64,000 nt of DNA from Patescibacteria group bacterium (lineage in GTDB: Bacteria > Patescibacteriota > Microgenomatia > UBA10105 > UBA927). The notes beneath the pieces were generated by a model. The model was not told where the DNA came from. It saw only the letters and a program-made list of their open reading frames with translations, and made no database searches. The stretch lies in assembly GCA_049322955.1 (NCBI GenBank), contig JBMOPU010000012.1, forward strand, positions 311,032-375,031. Direction: 5' to 3'. Shown piece after piece: positions 22,753 through 33,115 of this stretch; positions within the stretch are counted from its first letter, which is position 1; every line of letters starts with the position of its first letter. The position numbers were made by a program, and so were the translations under genes.

Positions 22753-23583
22753 ATGAGGCCAGAGAGGGAACAATCATCGCCGTCGACGCAAAAAAAAGAG
22801 AGTGTATCGGAACATCCGGTACGAGTTCAGCTTTGGCGTGCGTTGGAGCAGGCAACGCTTGAAAAGGAATACACCCCCGATAAAGAACGGCAAAAAACGG
22901 TATTTGACCGCATCAGCTGGGATACGTTCGTTGAAGAAATTGCCAAAGAATCAACCGGGACGGGTGAGGGAGCAGGGAAGCGGTTACGCGGGAAGCTTTT
23001 TGAAATGCTTATCCAGGCCGACCCGGCGTTCGGTCAACGCAGTGCGCTCGAAAAAGAACTTCTGGCGTTGGCGCACAACCCCGACGCATTCGGTTTGGGA
23101 CGGCTCCTGGGGCATCACCGAAATCCCGATATGGCATTTCTTCTGGTCCAAAAAGGAAACGGCGTGGAAATAACGGGCGTAGGGGAATCAAAGTTAGGGC
23201 TGTTAAATGAACGTTCCTATAAACAGCTTTCCGAAACGGGTTTTGCCCGCGGGGTAAAGGCGCTCGTTTCCGTCGTCAATACGCTACCTGATCCTGAACG
23301 CCACGGGTTAGTTGAAGTGGCAAAGGCAAGGAAAATAGTAGGGGAAAATACGCCGCTACTTACCGTTTCTCCCGAATTCACACAGCTGTTGGTGGTGCCG
23401 GCAAACCGTAATATTGCCTGGCATAGCAGTCTCATAAATCGCAAGGAATTTTCCATGGAAGGAAGACAGCGGTTCTATGAACTCTTAAGCGATATTCGCC
23501 ATATGCGTACGGCAAACGCGGCGTTTTCGACTGCAGAAGTGAGCGCAATGGCAAATGCGCTGAGGTCGGCAGACACGCACTGA
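22753..23583 (+). CDS. Hypothetical protein
   Basis: 276-aa ORF divergent from the wHTH pair; no recognisable domain. Confidence 0.5.
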   Translation: MRPEREQSSPSTQKKESVSEHPVRVQLWRALEQATLEKEYTPDKERQKTVFDRISWDTFVEEIAKESTGTGEGAGKRLRGKLFEMLIQADPAFGQRSALEKELLALAHNPDAFGLGRLLGHHRNPDMAFLLVQKGNGVEITGVGESKLGLLNERSYKQLSETGFARGVKALVSVVNTLPDPERHGLVEVAKARKIVGENTPLLTVSPEFTQLLVVPANRNIAWHSSLINRKEFSMEGRQRFYELLSDIRHMRTANAAFSTAEVSAMANALRSADTH

Positions 23584-23584
23584 G

Positions 23585-24136
23585 TTATCGCCGCCTTTTT
23601 CCGGTGAACAGCAGAAAGGGGTGATCACCGCGAATACCTTTTTTTTCGGGAATTTCTACAATCTGCTGGGTGACGATCGTGAAGCCTTCCTTTTTTGCCG
23701 CATTTATCATATTGGAATTTTGAAGTTGCGGAAGCGGTGAAAGCGGAAAACTATTGGTGCACACCGTCAGCCCGCCGCCGATCCGTAAAATTCTTCTTGC
23801 CTCCCCGAATGCCTGGCTTGGATTACCGAAGAGAATGCTGTTGGCAAAAAACACATGATCAACCGATTCGTCATCGAGTCCGATATGCGCCATATCCGCG
23901 GCCACGCCGGTACCGATTTTTCCCGCTTTGCGTCCGGTGCGGATGGCCAGAGAATCTATGTCCAGGGCAATCACGGTTGCGCCGAATACTGAAAGAGCCT
24001 GGGTGTCATCGCCGACGAGCGCTCCTACTTCTACGAGCGATCTGCCTGCCGCCGCACGGGCGACATCGGTGATGATGTCACTCCACGGACGTATTTCAAC
24101 GGGTTGCCGTCTTCGCCGTTCAAAAAACCAGCTCAT
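23585..24136 (-). CDS. Class I SAM-dependent methyltransferase
   Basis: Motif I-like VEVGALVGDDT and motif II-like ATVIALDIDSLAI; about 180 aa, typical MTase_11/25 size. Confidence 0.6.
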   Translation of the reverse strand: MSWFFERRRRQPVEIRPWSDIITDVARAAAGRSLVEVGALVGDDTQALSVFGATVIALDIDSLAIRTGRKAGKIGTGVAADMAHIGLDDESVDHVFFANSILFGNPSQAFGEARRILRIGGGLTVCTNSFPLSPLPQLQNSNMINAAKKEGFTIVTQQIVEIPEKKGIRGDHPFLLFTGKRRR

Positions 24137-24206
24137 GAGAGTATTATAACCTATAGTATAAAAATAGCAATCAATGCTGATCTTTACTCATCGTAATCGC
24201 GCTGTC

Positions 24207-24234
24207 TTGCAATATACCGATTCGGTCGTTATAC
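24207..24234 (+). promoter_or_regulatory. Putative promoter
   Basis: TTGCAA, 16-nt spacer, TTATAC, upstream of the small ORF at 24255. Confidence 0.3.
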
Positions 24235-24254
24235 CCCCCCGGGAGGAAAAAAAT

Positions 24255-24491
24255 ATGGCAGCAAAAGCAGAAGTTACCAAAACCGTTCGTGATGCCGCAC
24301 GGGCACTTTTTCAGAAAGAGGGGAGATCATTGCCGCAAGGCGGTGAGGCGTTTGACTTGTCGGAAAGCGATTTAACGGATTTGGCGGCGCGCGGTTTCCT
24401 TCGGCGTAGCGGATCCGGCGCGGGTGACGGGTGGGAAGTAGATTCGGAGGTCGCGGCAGAGCTCGGGCTGTCCGAGTATGATTATTCCTGA
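24255..24491 (+). CDS. Small hypothetical protein (78 aa)
   Basis: ATG preceded by GGGAGGAAAAAAAT (strong SD); in frame with track ORF 24174..24491. Confidence 0.5.
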   Translation: MAAKAEVTKTVRDAARALFQKEGRSLPQGGEAFDLSESDLTDLAARGFLRRSGSGAGDGWEVDSEVAAELGLSEYDYS

Positions 24492-24880
24492 AAAAACTTT
24501 GCGGCTTCTTCCCTGGCTTTTTTGATTCGTGCTCGTAGCGCTGCTTGACGAAGACAATGCGGTAGGACGTTTTGTTCTTTTCTTTTCAAGAAGCCTTCGA
24601 CGCCCTCGGATGTTTGCTCATGAAAATTTCCGTTTAACAGCATCCCCATCTGATCGTTGATGTCGGCTTGCCCCAAACAAGCCTCGTCGGTTCCTTTACA
24701 GCCGAATGCTGATGTGCAGGTTTCCGGAGTCGTAGCCATAATGCGAATTATAGGCTATTTTAAGGAAAATAACAAGGAGAAGTAAAAAATATTAGCCTCA
24801 GGTCGTATTGTTACGGCTAAGAGGGACACGAAAAAAGAACCGCCGCAGAATTATGAGGCCACGCATGATAAAATACCTCC

Positions 24881-26752
24881 ATGTCTGACCAGTCACACAT
24901 CAGAAACTTTGCGATTATTGCCCACATCGATCACGGCAAAAGTACGCTTGCTGACCGCCTGTTGGAAATGACGGGAACCGTTGCCAGGCGCGAAATGCAG
25001 GAACAATTGCTGGACAGTAACCCCATTGAACGGGAGCGGGGGATCACGATTAAGCTTGCTCCCGTCCGCATGGAGTGGCAGGGATATACCTTAAATCTTA
25101 TCGACACCCCGGGACATGTGGACTTTGGGTACGAAGTAAGCAGATCTCTTGCCGCCTGTGAGGGGGCGCTTCTTGTTGTCGATGCTACCCAGGGCGTACA
25201 GGCGCAGACGCTCGCGAATCTTCATCAGGCACGGCTCCACAACCTGACGATCATCCCGCTCTTAAACAAAATTGACATGCCGCATGCCAGGGTAGAGGAA
25301 ACAAAAGGGGAACTCCGCGCATTGGGCTTTGCCGATGAGGAGATGATTGAAATCTCGGCAAAAACGGGTATGAATGTCGATAAAGTACTGGCCGCTGTGC
25401 TTGAACGAATCCCTCCGCCGAGCGGTAATCCTGCAAACCCGCTTCGGGCACTTATTTTTTCTTCGCACTATGACACGCATAAGGGAGTGGTGGTTTTTGT
25501 TCGTATAGTTGATGGTTCGATACGGTTTGATCCCACATTGCGCGTGCGATTTATGGCGACAAAGAGTGATGTGGCGCCGATTGAACTCGGGGTCTTTTCA
25601 CCGGCCATGCACGCGGTGAGCGATCTGAGATGCGGTGAGGTCGGCTACATCGCCACGGGACTGAAGGACGTCAAACTTGCCAAGGTGGGAGACACGGTGA
25701 CGGTGGGGAATATGAGCGGTACCAAAAATGAGCATCTCGTTGCCGCAGATGAGCCGCTTGCCGGGTACAAGGAGCCCAAGCCGATGGTGTTTTTGGGCTT
25801 GTTTCCCATGGCGGCCGATGAATATCAGGATTCCCGTGAGGCAATGGAAAAACTCCAGTTATCCGACAGCGCATTCACGTTCCGTCCGATCTCATCACTT
25901 GCGCTCGGGAACGGATTCCACTGCGGATTTTTGGGGCTTCTGCATGCCGAGGTGGTACAGGAGCGGATACTTCGGGAGTTTGATCTCACCATGCTGGCGA
26001 CCAGCCCGTCGGTCGAGTATCGGGTGACGCTCAAAAAAGGTGTTGATTACCATAAATTGGGCTTTACCCATAATCACATTGTTTCCCATGTTGATGATCA
26101 GGTCACCGTCAGTATCCAATCGGCAACAGAGCTTCCCGATCCGACATATATCGAAAGGGTAGAAGAGCCCATGATGCAGGTATCTATCTATAGTCCCAAG
26201 CGATTTGTGGGAGCCATCATGCAACTGGCCGTCGAAAAGCGCGGTGAATATGTGGATTTGGGATATGTGGGAGATCAGGCACAATTTACCTACCTTATCC
26301 CGCTTTCAGAGATGATTGTGGACTTTTTTGACCGGTTAAAGTCGGTGACGGAAGGGTATGCGAGTCTTGATTATGAATTTTTTGAATGGAGTACGGCCAA
26401 AGTCGTAAAAGTAGATATCCTGGTCAATAAAGAAAAGGTTGATGCGTTTTCCTTCCTGGTGCTGGAGCAAGCCGCGGTAGTGCGAAGTCGTGATATTGTG
26501 GACCGTTTAGCCGCGGTCATTCCGAAACAGCAATTTGAAATCCCCATTCAGGCGGCCATCGGCGGCTCGGTCATCGCGCGTGCGGATGTCAAAGGATTCA
26601 GGAAGGACGTTATTCAAAAGTTGTACGGAGGAGACCGAACCCGCAAAGATAAGCTCTTAAAAAAGCAAAAAAAAGGAAAAGCAAAAATGAAAATGATCGG
26701 AGCGGTGGAAATACCCCAAAGTGCATTCTTTGCCGTTCTCAAACGGGGATAA
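24881..26752 (+). CDS. lepA: Elongation factor 4 (LepA)
   Basis: Translational GTPase G1 motif AHIDHGKST, DTPGHVDF, NKID; LepA-specific C-terminal tail ...KKQKKGKAKMKMIGAVEIPQSAF. Confidence 0.95.
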   Translation: MSDQSHIRNFAIIAHIDHGKSTLADRLLEMTGTVARREMQEQLLDSNPIERERGITIKLAPVRMEWQGYTLNLIDTPGHVDFGYEVSRSLAACEGALLVVDATQGVQAQTLANLHQARLHNLTIIPLLNKIDMPHARVEETKGELRALGFADEEMIEISAKTGMNVDKVLAAVLERIPPPSGNPANPLRALIFSSHYDTHKGVVVFVRIVDGSIRFDPTLRVRFMATKSDVAPIELGVFSPAMHAVSDLRCGEVGYIATGLKDVKLAKVGDTVTVGNMSGTKNEHLVAADEPLAGYKEPKPMVFLGLFPMAADEYQDSREAMEKLQLSDSAFTFRPISSLALGNGFHCGFLGLLHAEVVQERILREFDLTMLATSPSVEYRVTLKKGVDYHKLGFTHNHIVSHVDDQVTVSIQSATELPDPTYIERVEEPMMQVSIYSPKRFVGAIMQLAVEKRGEYVDLGYVGDQAQFTYLIPLSEMIVDFFDRLKSVTEGYASLDYEFFEWSTAKVVKVDILVNKEKVDAFSFLVLEQAAVVRSRDIVDRLAAVIPKQQFEIPIQAAIGGSVIARADVKGFRKDVIQKLYGGDRTRKDKLLKKQKKGKAKMKMIGAVEIPQSAFFAVLKRG

Positions 26753-26807
26753 CCGTCCTTTGTTGTGTTTTATTATATTTCGATATATTTTGATATAATG
26801 ATGGGAT

Positions 26808-27266
26808 ATGCCGGCAATTGAAGCGCGCGAACCCGTTCCCGGAGCATCGGTCAGAAAAAAACTTGACGGTCTGCGAGTACAGCTCGGAAAAAATCTCGGA
26901 TGGTTTGAAATGCCGTCCGGGGTATCCGTTGTCATGCATACGCCGGTCGAGATATCGCAGGAAACGGACTCTTACGAGTTGCTTCGTATTCTCGGGCAGT
27001 CGAATCGGCTGGAACTTCCCTTTGTTTATCGGATAGCCGCGCGCCTTCCTCATGCGACCAGAGAACTGAGTGTAGGAACCTACGGCTTTCATGAAACGGA
27101 GATGCTCAAGTCCTTTTGGCTTACCCATAATCAGGATATGATGATAACTCCGACGAGTGCCGGAGATGAAGTTTTCTACAATGACACGTTGATGGAAAAT
27201 GGGTTTTCGGTTCCGTCGCCCGGCACCGAAACGGTCGTCTTTGAAGCCTTAAAAATGCTTCTATAA
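26808..27266 (+). CDS. Hypothetical protein
   Basis: 152-aa ORF downstream of lepA. Confidence 0.4.
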   Translation: MPAIEAREPVPGASVRKKLDGLRVQLGKNLGWFEMPSGVSVVMHTPVEISQETDSYELLRILGQSNRLELPFVYRIAARLPHATRELSVGTYGFHETEMLKSFWLTHNQDMMITPTSAGDEVFYNDTLMENGFSVPSPGTETVVFEALKMLL

Positions 27267-27329
27267 CGGTCGCTTTTGCAGAATACGGATGGAGAAGGGG
27301 GATAGCTCATAGGCAATCGTTGTGGTTTC

Positions 27330-28430
27330 TTGTATAGTGGCAGTATGGCGGAAATTCATTTTGGGAGTTTTGATGCCGCGCGTGCCATGAAAAACCCTGA
27401 AAAGGGCACACCGTCCGTTGCGGAACCTCTCGCAGTTCGTGACATCCATTATCTCGCCTCAATGCTTCTCGGGGACGGAAAAAAGCCGGCGGTACTGAAT
27501 AAGGAATCCACCGAATGGGTCGATAAGCGGGTACGCGGAGTGAAATATAAGGGGGTGAACGTCGTGACCGTCGATTGGGACGGGGTACACGAACCCGTTG
27601 TCGACGACACGATGGATAAACTGCTCAAAAGTACCGTGCCGACGGGAGTCGTCGTCGAATACTTTACCCCGGAACTCGCCGCTCGGGCAAAGGCGGTGCC
27701 GATTGTCGGCGGCATATTGGAAAAGAAGGTAACCGAGCCCGTGAAAAACGAAAAAGATATAAAGGGACGGGCGCACTACCGCAACCAATATAAACGTCGC
27801 CTGTATTTCGGAAAAACCATGACGGACGGGCTCGCCGAATCGGGAGTTCCCGCGCTTTGCTTTGACATTGCCAACAAGCCTTTGTATATGCTCCTTCGTG
27901 ATGGTGCGGTGATTGGCGAAAAACTATTGGGGACGGCCCTGGGAAAAACAATTGATATTGAAGCCGCAAAGCGCAATATTGACACCAAGGGCCTGTATGC
28001 CAAGTTGGGTTCGGATATTCCCTCGTGGTGGTATTTTTCGAAGCTTATTATGCAAATGGCCAGGAAGGGTATCTATGATCCGAAAAAACTCTCGGTACTG
28101 GATACGTTCCAACTGCACCTGGAGGACGCAAGGCGACTTGTCATCGCGGAAGGAATCACCCAGCACATTGATCGGGGAGTTGCCGACGGGGTCTTGAAAA
28201 AGGACGCAACCATTCTGGTAGTGTATCCCGAAGCGCATAATTTGCGGATCAGAAACTACATGGAACGGGTGACCAAAAAAGACGGCGGGTTGCCGCTTGC
28301 GGTGAAAGACCTCGCATATCGATTGGTGTCTGATCCGATTTTGGAATTTAAGGAACGGGCATATCAATATAAGGACGGTGCATGGCAGAAAACGGGAGTA
28401 TATGGCATTAAACGGCACACAAAAGCGTAG
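27330..28430 (+). CDS. Hypothetical protein
   Basis: 366-aa ORF, no recognisable motif. Confidence 0.5.
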   Translation: MYSGSMAEIHFGSFDAARAMKNPEKGTPSVAEPLAVRDIHYLASMLLGDGKKPAVLNKESTEWVDKRVRGVKYKGVNVVTVDWDGVHEPVVDDTMDKLLKSTVPTGVVVEYFTPELAARAKAVPIVGGILEKKVTEPVKNEKDIKGRAHYRNQYKRRLYFGKTMTDGLAESGVPALCFDIANKPLYMLLRDGAVIGEKLLGTALGKTIDIEAAKRNIDTKGLYAKLGSDIPSWWYFSKLIMQMARKGIYDPKKLSVLDTFQLHLEDARRLVIAEGITQHIDRGVADGVLKKDATILVVYPEAHNLRIRNYMERVTKKDGGLPLAVKDLAYRLVSDPILEFKERAYQYKDGAWQKTGVYGIKRHTKA

Positions 28431-28479
28431 TCATTGACAAACGGTGCCGGAAACGTAAAGATAATATTCAGGCACTTAT

Positions 28480-29013
28480 ATGGCAACAAAGTTATTGCCC
28501 TCCATGAGATTCTTCGGCTTGTTTGCCTTGTTTTCATTTGTCACCGGTTTTGTGCTTATCGTTGCCTCGCAACGCAATACCGAGCGTCGCTCGCAGGCAT
28601 CCAACGGACCCTACGCGTGTGACGTCGCCTGCTCGCCTGCCGCGGGAGGGATCGGCGGAGCGGCATGTATCGCCTGTATGCAGGCACAGACAACACCGTC
28701 AATCAGCATAAAACCGTCAGTCAGCCCGACACCTGCAGACAAATGTCCTTATGCCTATAGAGAGAAATGCTACTCAACTATGGGACAAGTTAATAATGCG
28801 AGGCACAACTATAATAACAGTCAGACCGTGTTATGTTATCTTCCCGGTTATTGTCCGCCAGTTGCCGAGCCGGTACCGCTGGGGCCGTGTGAGCACATAT
28901 ACGGAGGACGTTGTTATGCGAGTGCGGAAGATGCGGAAAGAGCTGAATACCTCGCAACAAAAGGCCCCAATGATCCCCCGATAGAAGCTCCCGTGCCGAT
29001 AGATCTCAATTAA
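28480..29013 (+). CDS. Cys-rich secreted/membrane-anchored small protein
   Basis: N-terminal hydrophobic segment FFGLFALFSFVTGFVLIVA followed by about 16 Cys in 150 aa (CDVACSP...CIACM...CPYAYREKCY...CYLPGYCPP). Confidence 0.5.
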   Translation: MATKLLPSMRFFGLFALFSFVTGFVLIVASQRNTERRSQASNGPYACDVACSPAAGGIGGAACIACMQAQTTPSISIKPSVSPTPADKCPYAYREKCYSTMGQVNNARHNYNNSQTVLCYLPGYCPPVAEPVPLGPCEHIYGGRCYASAEDAERAEYLATKGPNDPPIEAPVPIDLN

Positions 29014-29055
29014 CACGAGACACGTAACCGCAAACGGCAAAGTAACGCTTTGGCG

Positions 29056-29421
29056 TTAAGTGCGTTTCCAGAAGAGGAGGGGTCGCGGTCGGTGAAGAAA
29101 TCTTTTTCGTAGCAAAAATCCGAGCGAGGCATCGGCGGGCTGTTCACTTCGTACTCCTTCCATCCAACCATCACCCTCGGGTTGCAGGATTTCGTATTCG
29201 ACCGTTCTTCCCTGTGTTATGCCTATAATGCTTGCGGCCATCTCCGCATACCTTTCGGGGGAAACACTCGGATGAAGCGTAATAATTGCTTCGTTAGATC
29301 CGCTTGTTGTGGAAAGTCCGCGAACACGGATGCGGGATCCCTGAAGTGTGATGTTTCCATTTTTTTCAACGATCGGGAGTCCGGGCGTAAGTACTTCAAT
29401 AGAAAGTTTGGATAGCGACAT
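29056..29421 (-). CDS. Hypothetical protein
   Basis: 121-aa ORF. Confidence 0.35.
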   Translation of the reverse strand: MSLSKLSIEVLTPGLPIVEKNGNITLQGSRIRVRGLSTTSGSNEAIITLHPSVSPERYAEMAASIIGITQGRTVEYEILQPEGDGWMEGVRSEQPADASLGFLLRKRFLHRPRPLLFWKRT

Positions 29422-29608
29422 AGGTCACGGTGAATTATATCCTATAATGCGATATTTGTGAAGCTGTTGATGGCGTTCCTTCAGAGCGTTTTTTCAGCAA
29501 CGCATACGATGGTCCAGATATGAATTCAAGCATGCTCCATGGGCAATGGATGTGCGAGATGTGCATAAAATCGGTTGGGTATCTCACAATAATTCATAGC
29601 CGATCATC

Positions 29609-30349
29609 TTATCGTACCAGACGGCGCTTTGTGAGGGATTCCACCAATCTGATGGAACCTACGGAGAGGAAAAAAAGCAGTATGTTAAGAAGCGCCACGT
29701 ATCCTAGGATAGTACCCGTAGAGCGTAAAAATTGCGTGACCGCGAACAGCGTAATTTCCGTGAGATTAATGCGAATACCGATAAGAAAGAGCGCAATACT
29801 CACGAGGGCAAGTACCCCGACTACCGGCCAAAATCCTTCCAGGTCTTCGGGCGAAGAAAACATAGTATTGGAGACTGCGAAAAACGCGTATCCCATAAGC
29901 ACAAAGAGATACACGCCGTAACTCGTCAAAAGTATGCCGTTTTGCGCATCAAGAGCTACCTGCTCCCATACGCCGGGAAGAAAATACGAAAGTAATCCCA
30001 GAATGCCCAGTCCCACGAATACGGGAGCAATACCGATGATTGCCCGACGGATCGGATCGGATTGGGCGATTGATACACTCCCTGTCCGCACATTTTTTTC
30101 TTCGATACCCTCGGGAACAAGAGTTAACCCGCTTGTTCGAACGCCCAGTATTTCTGCGGTAAAAAGATGGGCAAGTTCATGAATGACCGTACCCGGAAAA
30201 AATATAATGGACAGAAATCCTACGGCGACGGGACGCGATTTGGTGAGGAGAAATGCCGCAATAAACAGGTTTTGGGTGAGTTTGCGGGAAAGGATGTAGA
30301 GTCCGATAAGTTCAACGCAAATGATGACGATAAAAACGATCATAGCCAT
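29609..30349 (-). CDS. Integral-membrane HExxH zinc metalloprotease-like protein
   Basis: Polytopic; HELAH motif within a TM-flanked segment (VIHELAHLFTAEILG), reminiscent of M50/site-2-protease-like enzymes. Confidence 0.55.
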   Translation of the reverse strand: MAMIVFIVIICVELIGLYILSRKLTQNLFIAAFLLTKSRPVAVGFLSIIFFPGTVIHELAHLFTAEILGVRTSGLTLVPEGIEEKNVRTGSVSIAQSDPIRRAIIGIAPVFVGLGILGLLSYFLPGVWEQVALDAQNGILLTSYGVYLFVLMGYAFFAVSNTMFSSPEDLEGFWPVVGVLALVSIALFLIGIRINLTEITLFAVTQFLRSTGTILGYVALLNILLFFLSVGSIRLVESLTKRRLVR

Positions 30350-30357
30350 TCCAGTAT

Positions 30358-30726
30358 ATGCGATATTCGTGCCGCCGTGGTATAGTATGTCGCAATATGC
30401 GTACAGTGACCCTCCTCATGGATCCCAAAAAGCCCACCTATAATTTACGGGTCATGGAGGATGACGGTGCCCGCAACAACCTTGGTGAGTGGCCAACGCA
30501 ACGGGGTGCACGGCGGCGGCTTTCGGCGGTGGTAGGGGAGGGGAAAACACTCCGCATCGGGTTATTTGATAGTGATTGTCTTTCCGCCGTTACTTCTGTC
30601 CGTGTTACCGAAGGACGGGTGTTGTATAACGGAAAACGGGTATTGCCGGTTTTTGGCACCACCTGGGAAGGATTATTTCAGGAAGTCCGCATCGTCCCTT
30701 CGCTTTTTGCAAAAAAAGAAAAATAA
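30358..30726 (+). CDS. Hypothetical protein
   Basis: 122-aa ORF. Confidence 0.3.
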   Translation: MRYSCRRGIVCRNMRTVTLLMDPKKPTYNLRVMEDDGARNNLGEWPTQRGARRRLSAVVGEGKTLRIGLFDSDCLSAVTSVRVTEGRVLYNGKRVLPVFGTTWEGLFQEVRIVPSLFAKKEK

Positions 30727-30735
30727 GTCGCGGTA

Positions 30736-31614
30736 TTAGTGACCGCCGGTGTGTTCGGCCGATTCGGGCGTAGCAATTTGGATAAATGCCTGCAATCCTA
30801 CCGCGGCATAGACGATTCCCATGGTGACCTGGTCGGAGAGCTGACTGGGAGGCTTTTCGGCCTTTTTCACTTCGCCGAACATTTCTGATGCTTTTTTCAT
30901 ATTTTCGGGAGTTTTGGGGATACCCGCAAGATCCAGCATAACGTTCGGGCTGGGGGATAGCTTCGTAAATCCTTCAACGCCCGTGAGCTGTTTCCAGGTC
31001 ATGGCCGCAAGCTCGTTATTGGTCTGTAATAGTTGTGCTACCGCAGGAACACTGTCCCGCGAACCGCTTCTGATGCTGTCGGCAATATCAGGAGGAAGCG
31101 GATTTTCCGGGTGTAACGTATTGTACTGTTCGAGGATAGGAAGTATCGCACTTTCCTGCGGGTTAGCGGGGGGGATGTTGAGATCGTTGATTTTTGTTTG
31201 CAGTTCGACAAGTTTGAGTGCGGTATCGGAAGGCAGTCCATCCGTTTCCATGGCCGCAAGCGCGCGAAGCGCACCCATTTGCATTTCGTTGCCGAGCGGC
31301 GTATCCGCCGCTTGCGTCGCGATGGCATTGACAAGCAGACGCATATCCTTGAGTTCCAGAAGAATGGTATTTGCTTCCGCAAGCAGTGCGGTTGCGGCTT
31401 CCCGGGAGGGCAGTGCTTCAGTTTTTGCCGCCGTAGCCTCATGGACGGGGACGCCTTTGGCTATTTGTTCGAGGGTCCCTCTGGCTTCCGCTTTTCTTCG
31501 ATCATTGCTTTTTACGGTGCCCGATGATTTCTCTTTTGGCGCCGCCACCTGCGGCTTCGGTGTTTCGGGTTTCGGTTGAGGAGGTAATCCTTCCATTTTG
31601 ACGGGTTCCGGCAT
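30736..31614 (-). CDS. Hypothetical protein
   Basis: 292-aa ORF with a Pro/Lys-rich N-terminus. Confidence 0.5.
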   Translation of the reverse strand: MPEPVKMEGLPPQPKPETPKPQVAAPKEKSSGTVKSNDRRKAEARGTLEQIAKGVPVHEATAAKTEALPSREAATALLAEANTILLELKDMRLLVNAIATQAADTPLGNEMQMGALRALAAMETDGLPSDTALKLVELQTKINDLNIPPANPQESAILPILEQYNTLHPENPLPPDIADSIRSGSRDSVPAVAQLLQTNNELAAMTWKQLTGVEGFTKLSPSPNVMLDLAGIPKTPENMKKASEMFGEVKKAEKPPSQLSDQVTMGIVYAAVGLQAFIQIATPESAEHTGGH

Positions 31615-31658
31615 ACCTCTAGTATAGGCAGAAAGGATAAGACGGCGTCAAGCGTGTT

Positions 31659-33071
31659 TTGCTTTTGCTTTTTTCGGTATTGGGATATGATAGCCATATG
31701 CCAGAGCGCTCTGAGTCACCGAATACGATACCGGCAAAACGACCGGTGGTGGAGCGGGTGCTGTACGGTGTCGGGAAATTTGTCGAGCGACATACTCCTA
31801 CGGCACATGCCGACCGCATTATCACCGTTATCAATCGATACATTATTCCGAAACTTTCTCCCGAAAAACGCCAGTGGGTGGGCAAACACAAGGATGCGAT
31901 AGAAACGGCCGCGGTTGTGGCGGGGGTGGGTATTACGGCGACGGAAATAACGCTTGCGACTGTTTGTACCGTGCGTATGGCGGGGAGATTTCGTGAAGTA
32001 ATGGAGCAAATCAAGGCAAGCAAACGGGCAAGAAGCCTTCGCGAGTCGAAGATCACCTCTCACGAAAAACTGAAATCCGTAGCCAAATGGAAAAAGCCGA
32101 AAGGGGAATCGATTGTTCCGGATGCGCATGTTCCCGTTGTGTTTGACAGAACCGATGAACTGTTTATGATCCAGGAACTTTCCCAAGATCCGAAGTGGCA
32201 GGATATCCCTACGGTACGGGCATTTCTTGACGGAACATTGCAATTGCGTGAAAACGAATTCGTTGATTGGGCGCGTCTCGGATTGCCCGATCCGAATAAG
32301 ATCCAGGCGAAAACAAAGGTGCGAAAAGGGAGAATTGCACCGTACGTTCCTCCGGTCGACAGTTATGCCTCAAGGAAACTCCCTACGGCGGCAGAGCCGA
32401 TTGTTGCCAAAGCTCCCGGACTCGGCGATAAAATTCGTGACAAACTTCGGGGAATTTGGCCGTGGTCACTCGAAAATCAGATACTTCGGGCACACCGGAA
32501 GCGCATCGCGACGACGAAGGCTTTGAGCGAAAAGCGCGCACAGGATTCGGCGCGCAAGGCACAACAAAAAATATGGGATGAGGAACGGGCACGGATGCTC
32601 CTTAAACGAACCCAGGAAATGGAACGGGATCACCAGGAACGGTTACAGCAGGGAATTCAAAAAGGAATTGCCGAGCGTCTGCGACGGGAACATCTTGCGG
32701 AACTTGCCGCAAAGGGGAGCGTCATCGACACCGAGTTGGCTAAAAAAAGCCCCGCACTGGTGGCGGCTATTGCCGAAAAAGTGGCAACCCTTCCAACCAA
32801 TGAAACCACCATTACCCGCGATCTCACCGCGCTACTGGTCAATATAGAAAAGAACCCGCAGGTATTCGCACCGCTTGTTGAAAAAGTGTCGGTCGCAGGT
32901 GACGGCACCGACGGACTGCGCGCCGCCTCACAGCTCCTGGAGAAGGCATACAACAGCCAGAAAGGGGTAAAGAAAATCGATGGGGCTTATACGACAAAAT
33001 TCACGACCCTTGCCGCATTTTGGTTACAAAGACTCGGACAAGTGGGATTAGATCTGTTGCGGGGGAAATGA
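31659..33071 (+). CDS. Hypothetical membrane-anchored coiled-coil protein
   Basis: One TM (AIETAAVVAGVGITATEITLATV) and a long charged helical region; likely start is MPERSE at about 31698. Confidence 0.5.
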   Translation: MLLLFSVLGYDSHMPERSESPNTIPAKRPVVERVLYGVGKFVERHTPTAHADRIITVINRYIIPKLSPEKRQWVGKHKDAIETAAVVAGVGITATEITLATVCTVRMAGRFREVMEQIKASKRARSLRESKITSHEKLKSVAKWKKPKGESIVPDAHVPVVFDRTDELFMIQELSQDPKWQDIPTVRAFLDGTLQLRENEFVDWARLGLPDPNKIQAKTKVRKGRIAPYVPPVDSYASRKLPTAAEPIVAKAPGLGDKIRDKLRGIWPWSLENQILRAHRKRIATTKALSEKRAQDSARKAQQKIWDEERARMLLKRTQEMERDHQERLQQGIQKGIAERLRREHLAELAAKGSVIDTELAKKSPALVAAIAEKVATLPTNETTITRDLTALLVNIEKNPQVFAPLVEKVSVAGDGTDGLRAASQLLEKAYNSQKGVKKIDGAYTTKFTTLAAFWLQRLGQVGLDLLRGK

Positions 33072-33115
33072 AGATCCCGGCATTGTTTTATACACGCTCG
33101 TGAAGCAAGGATGTT

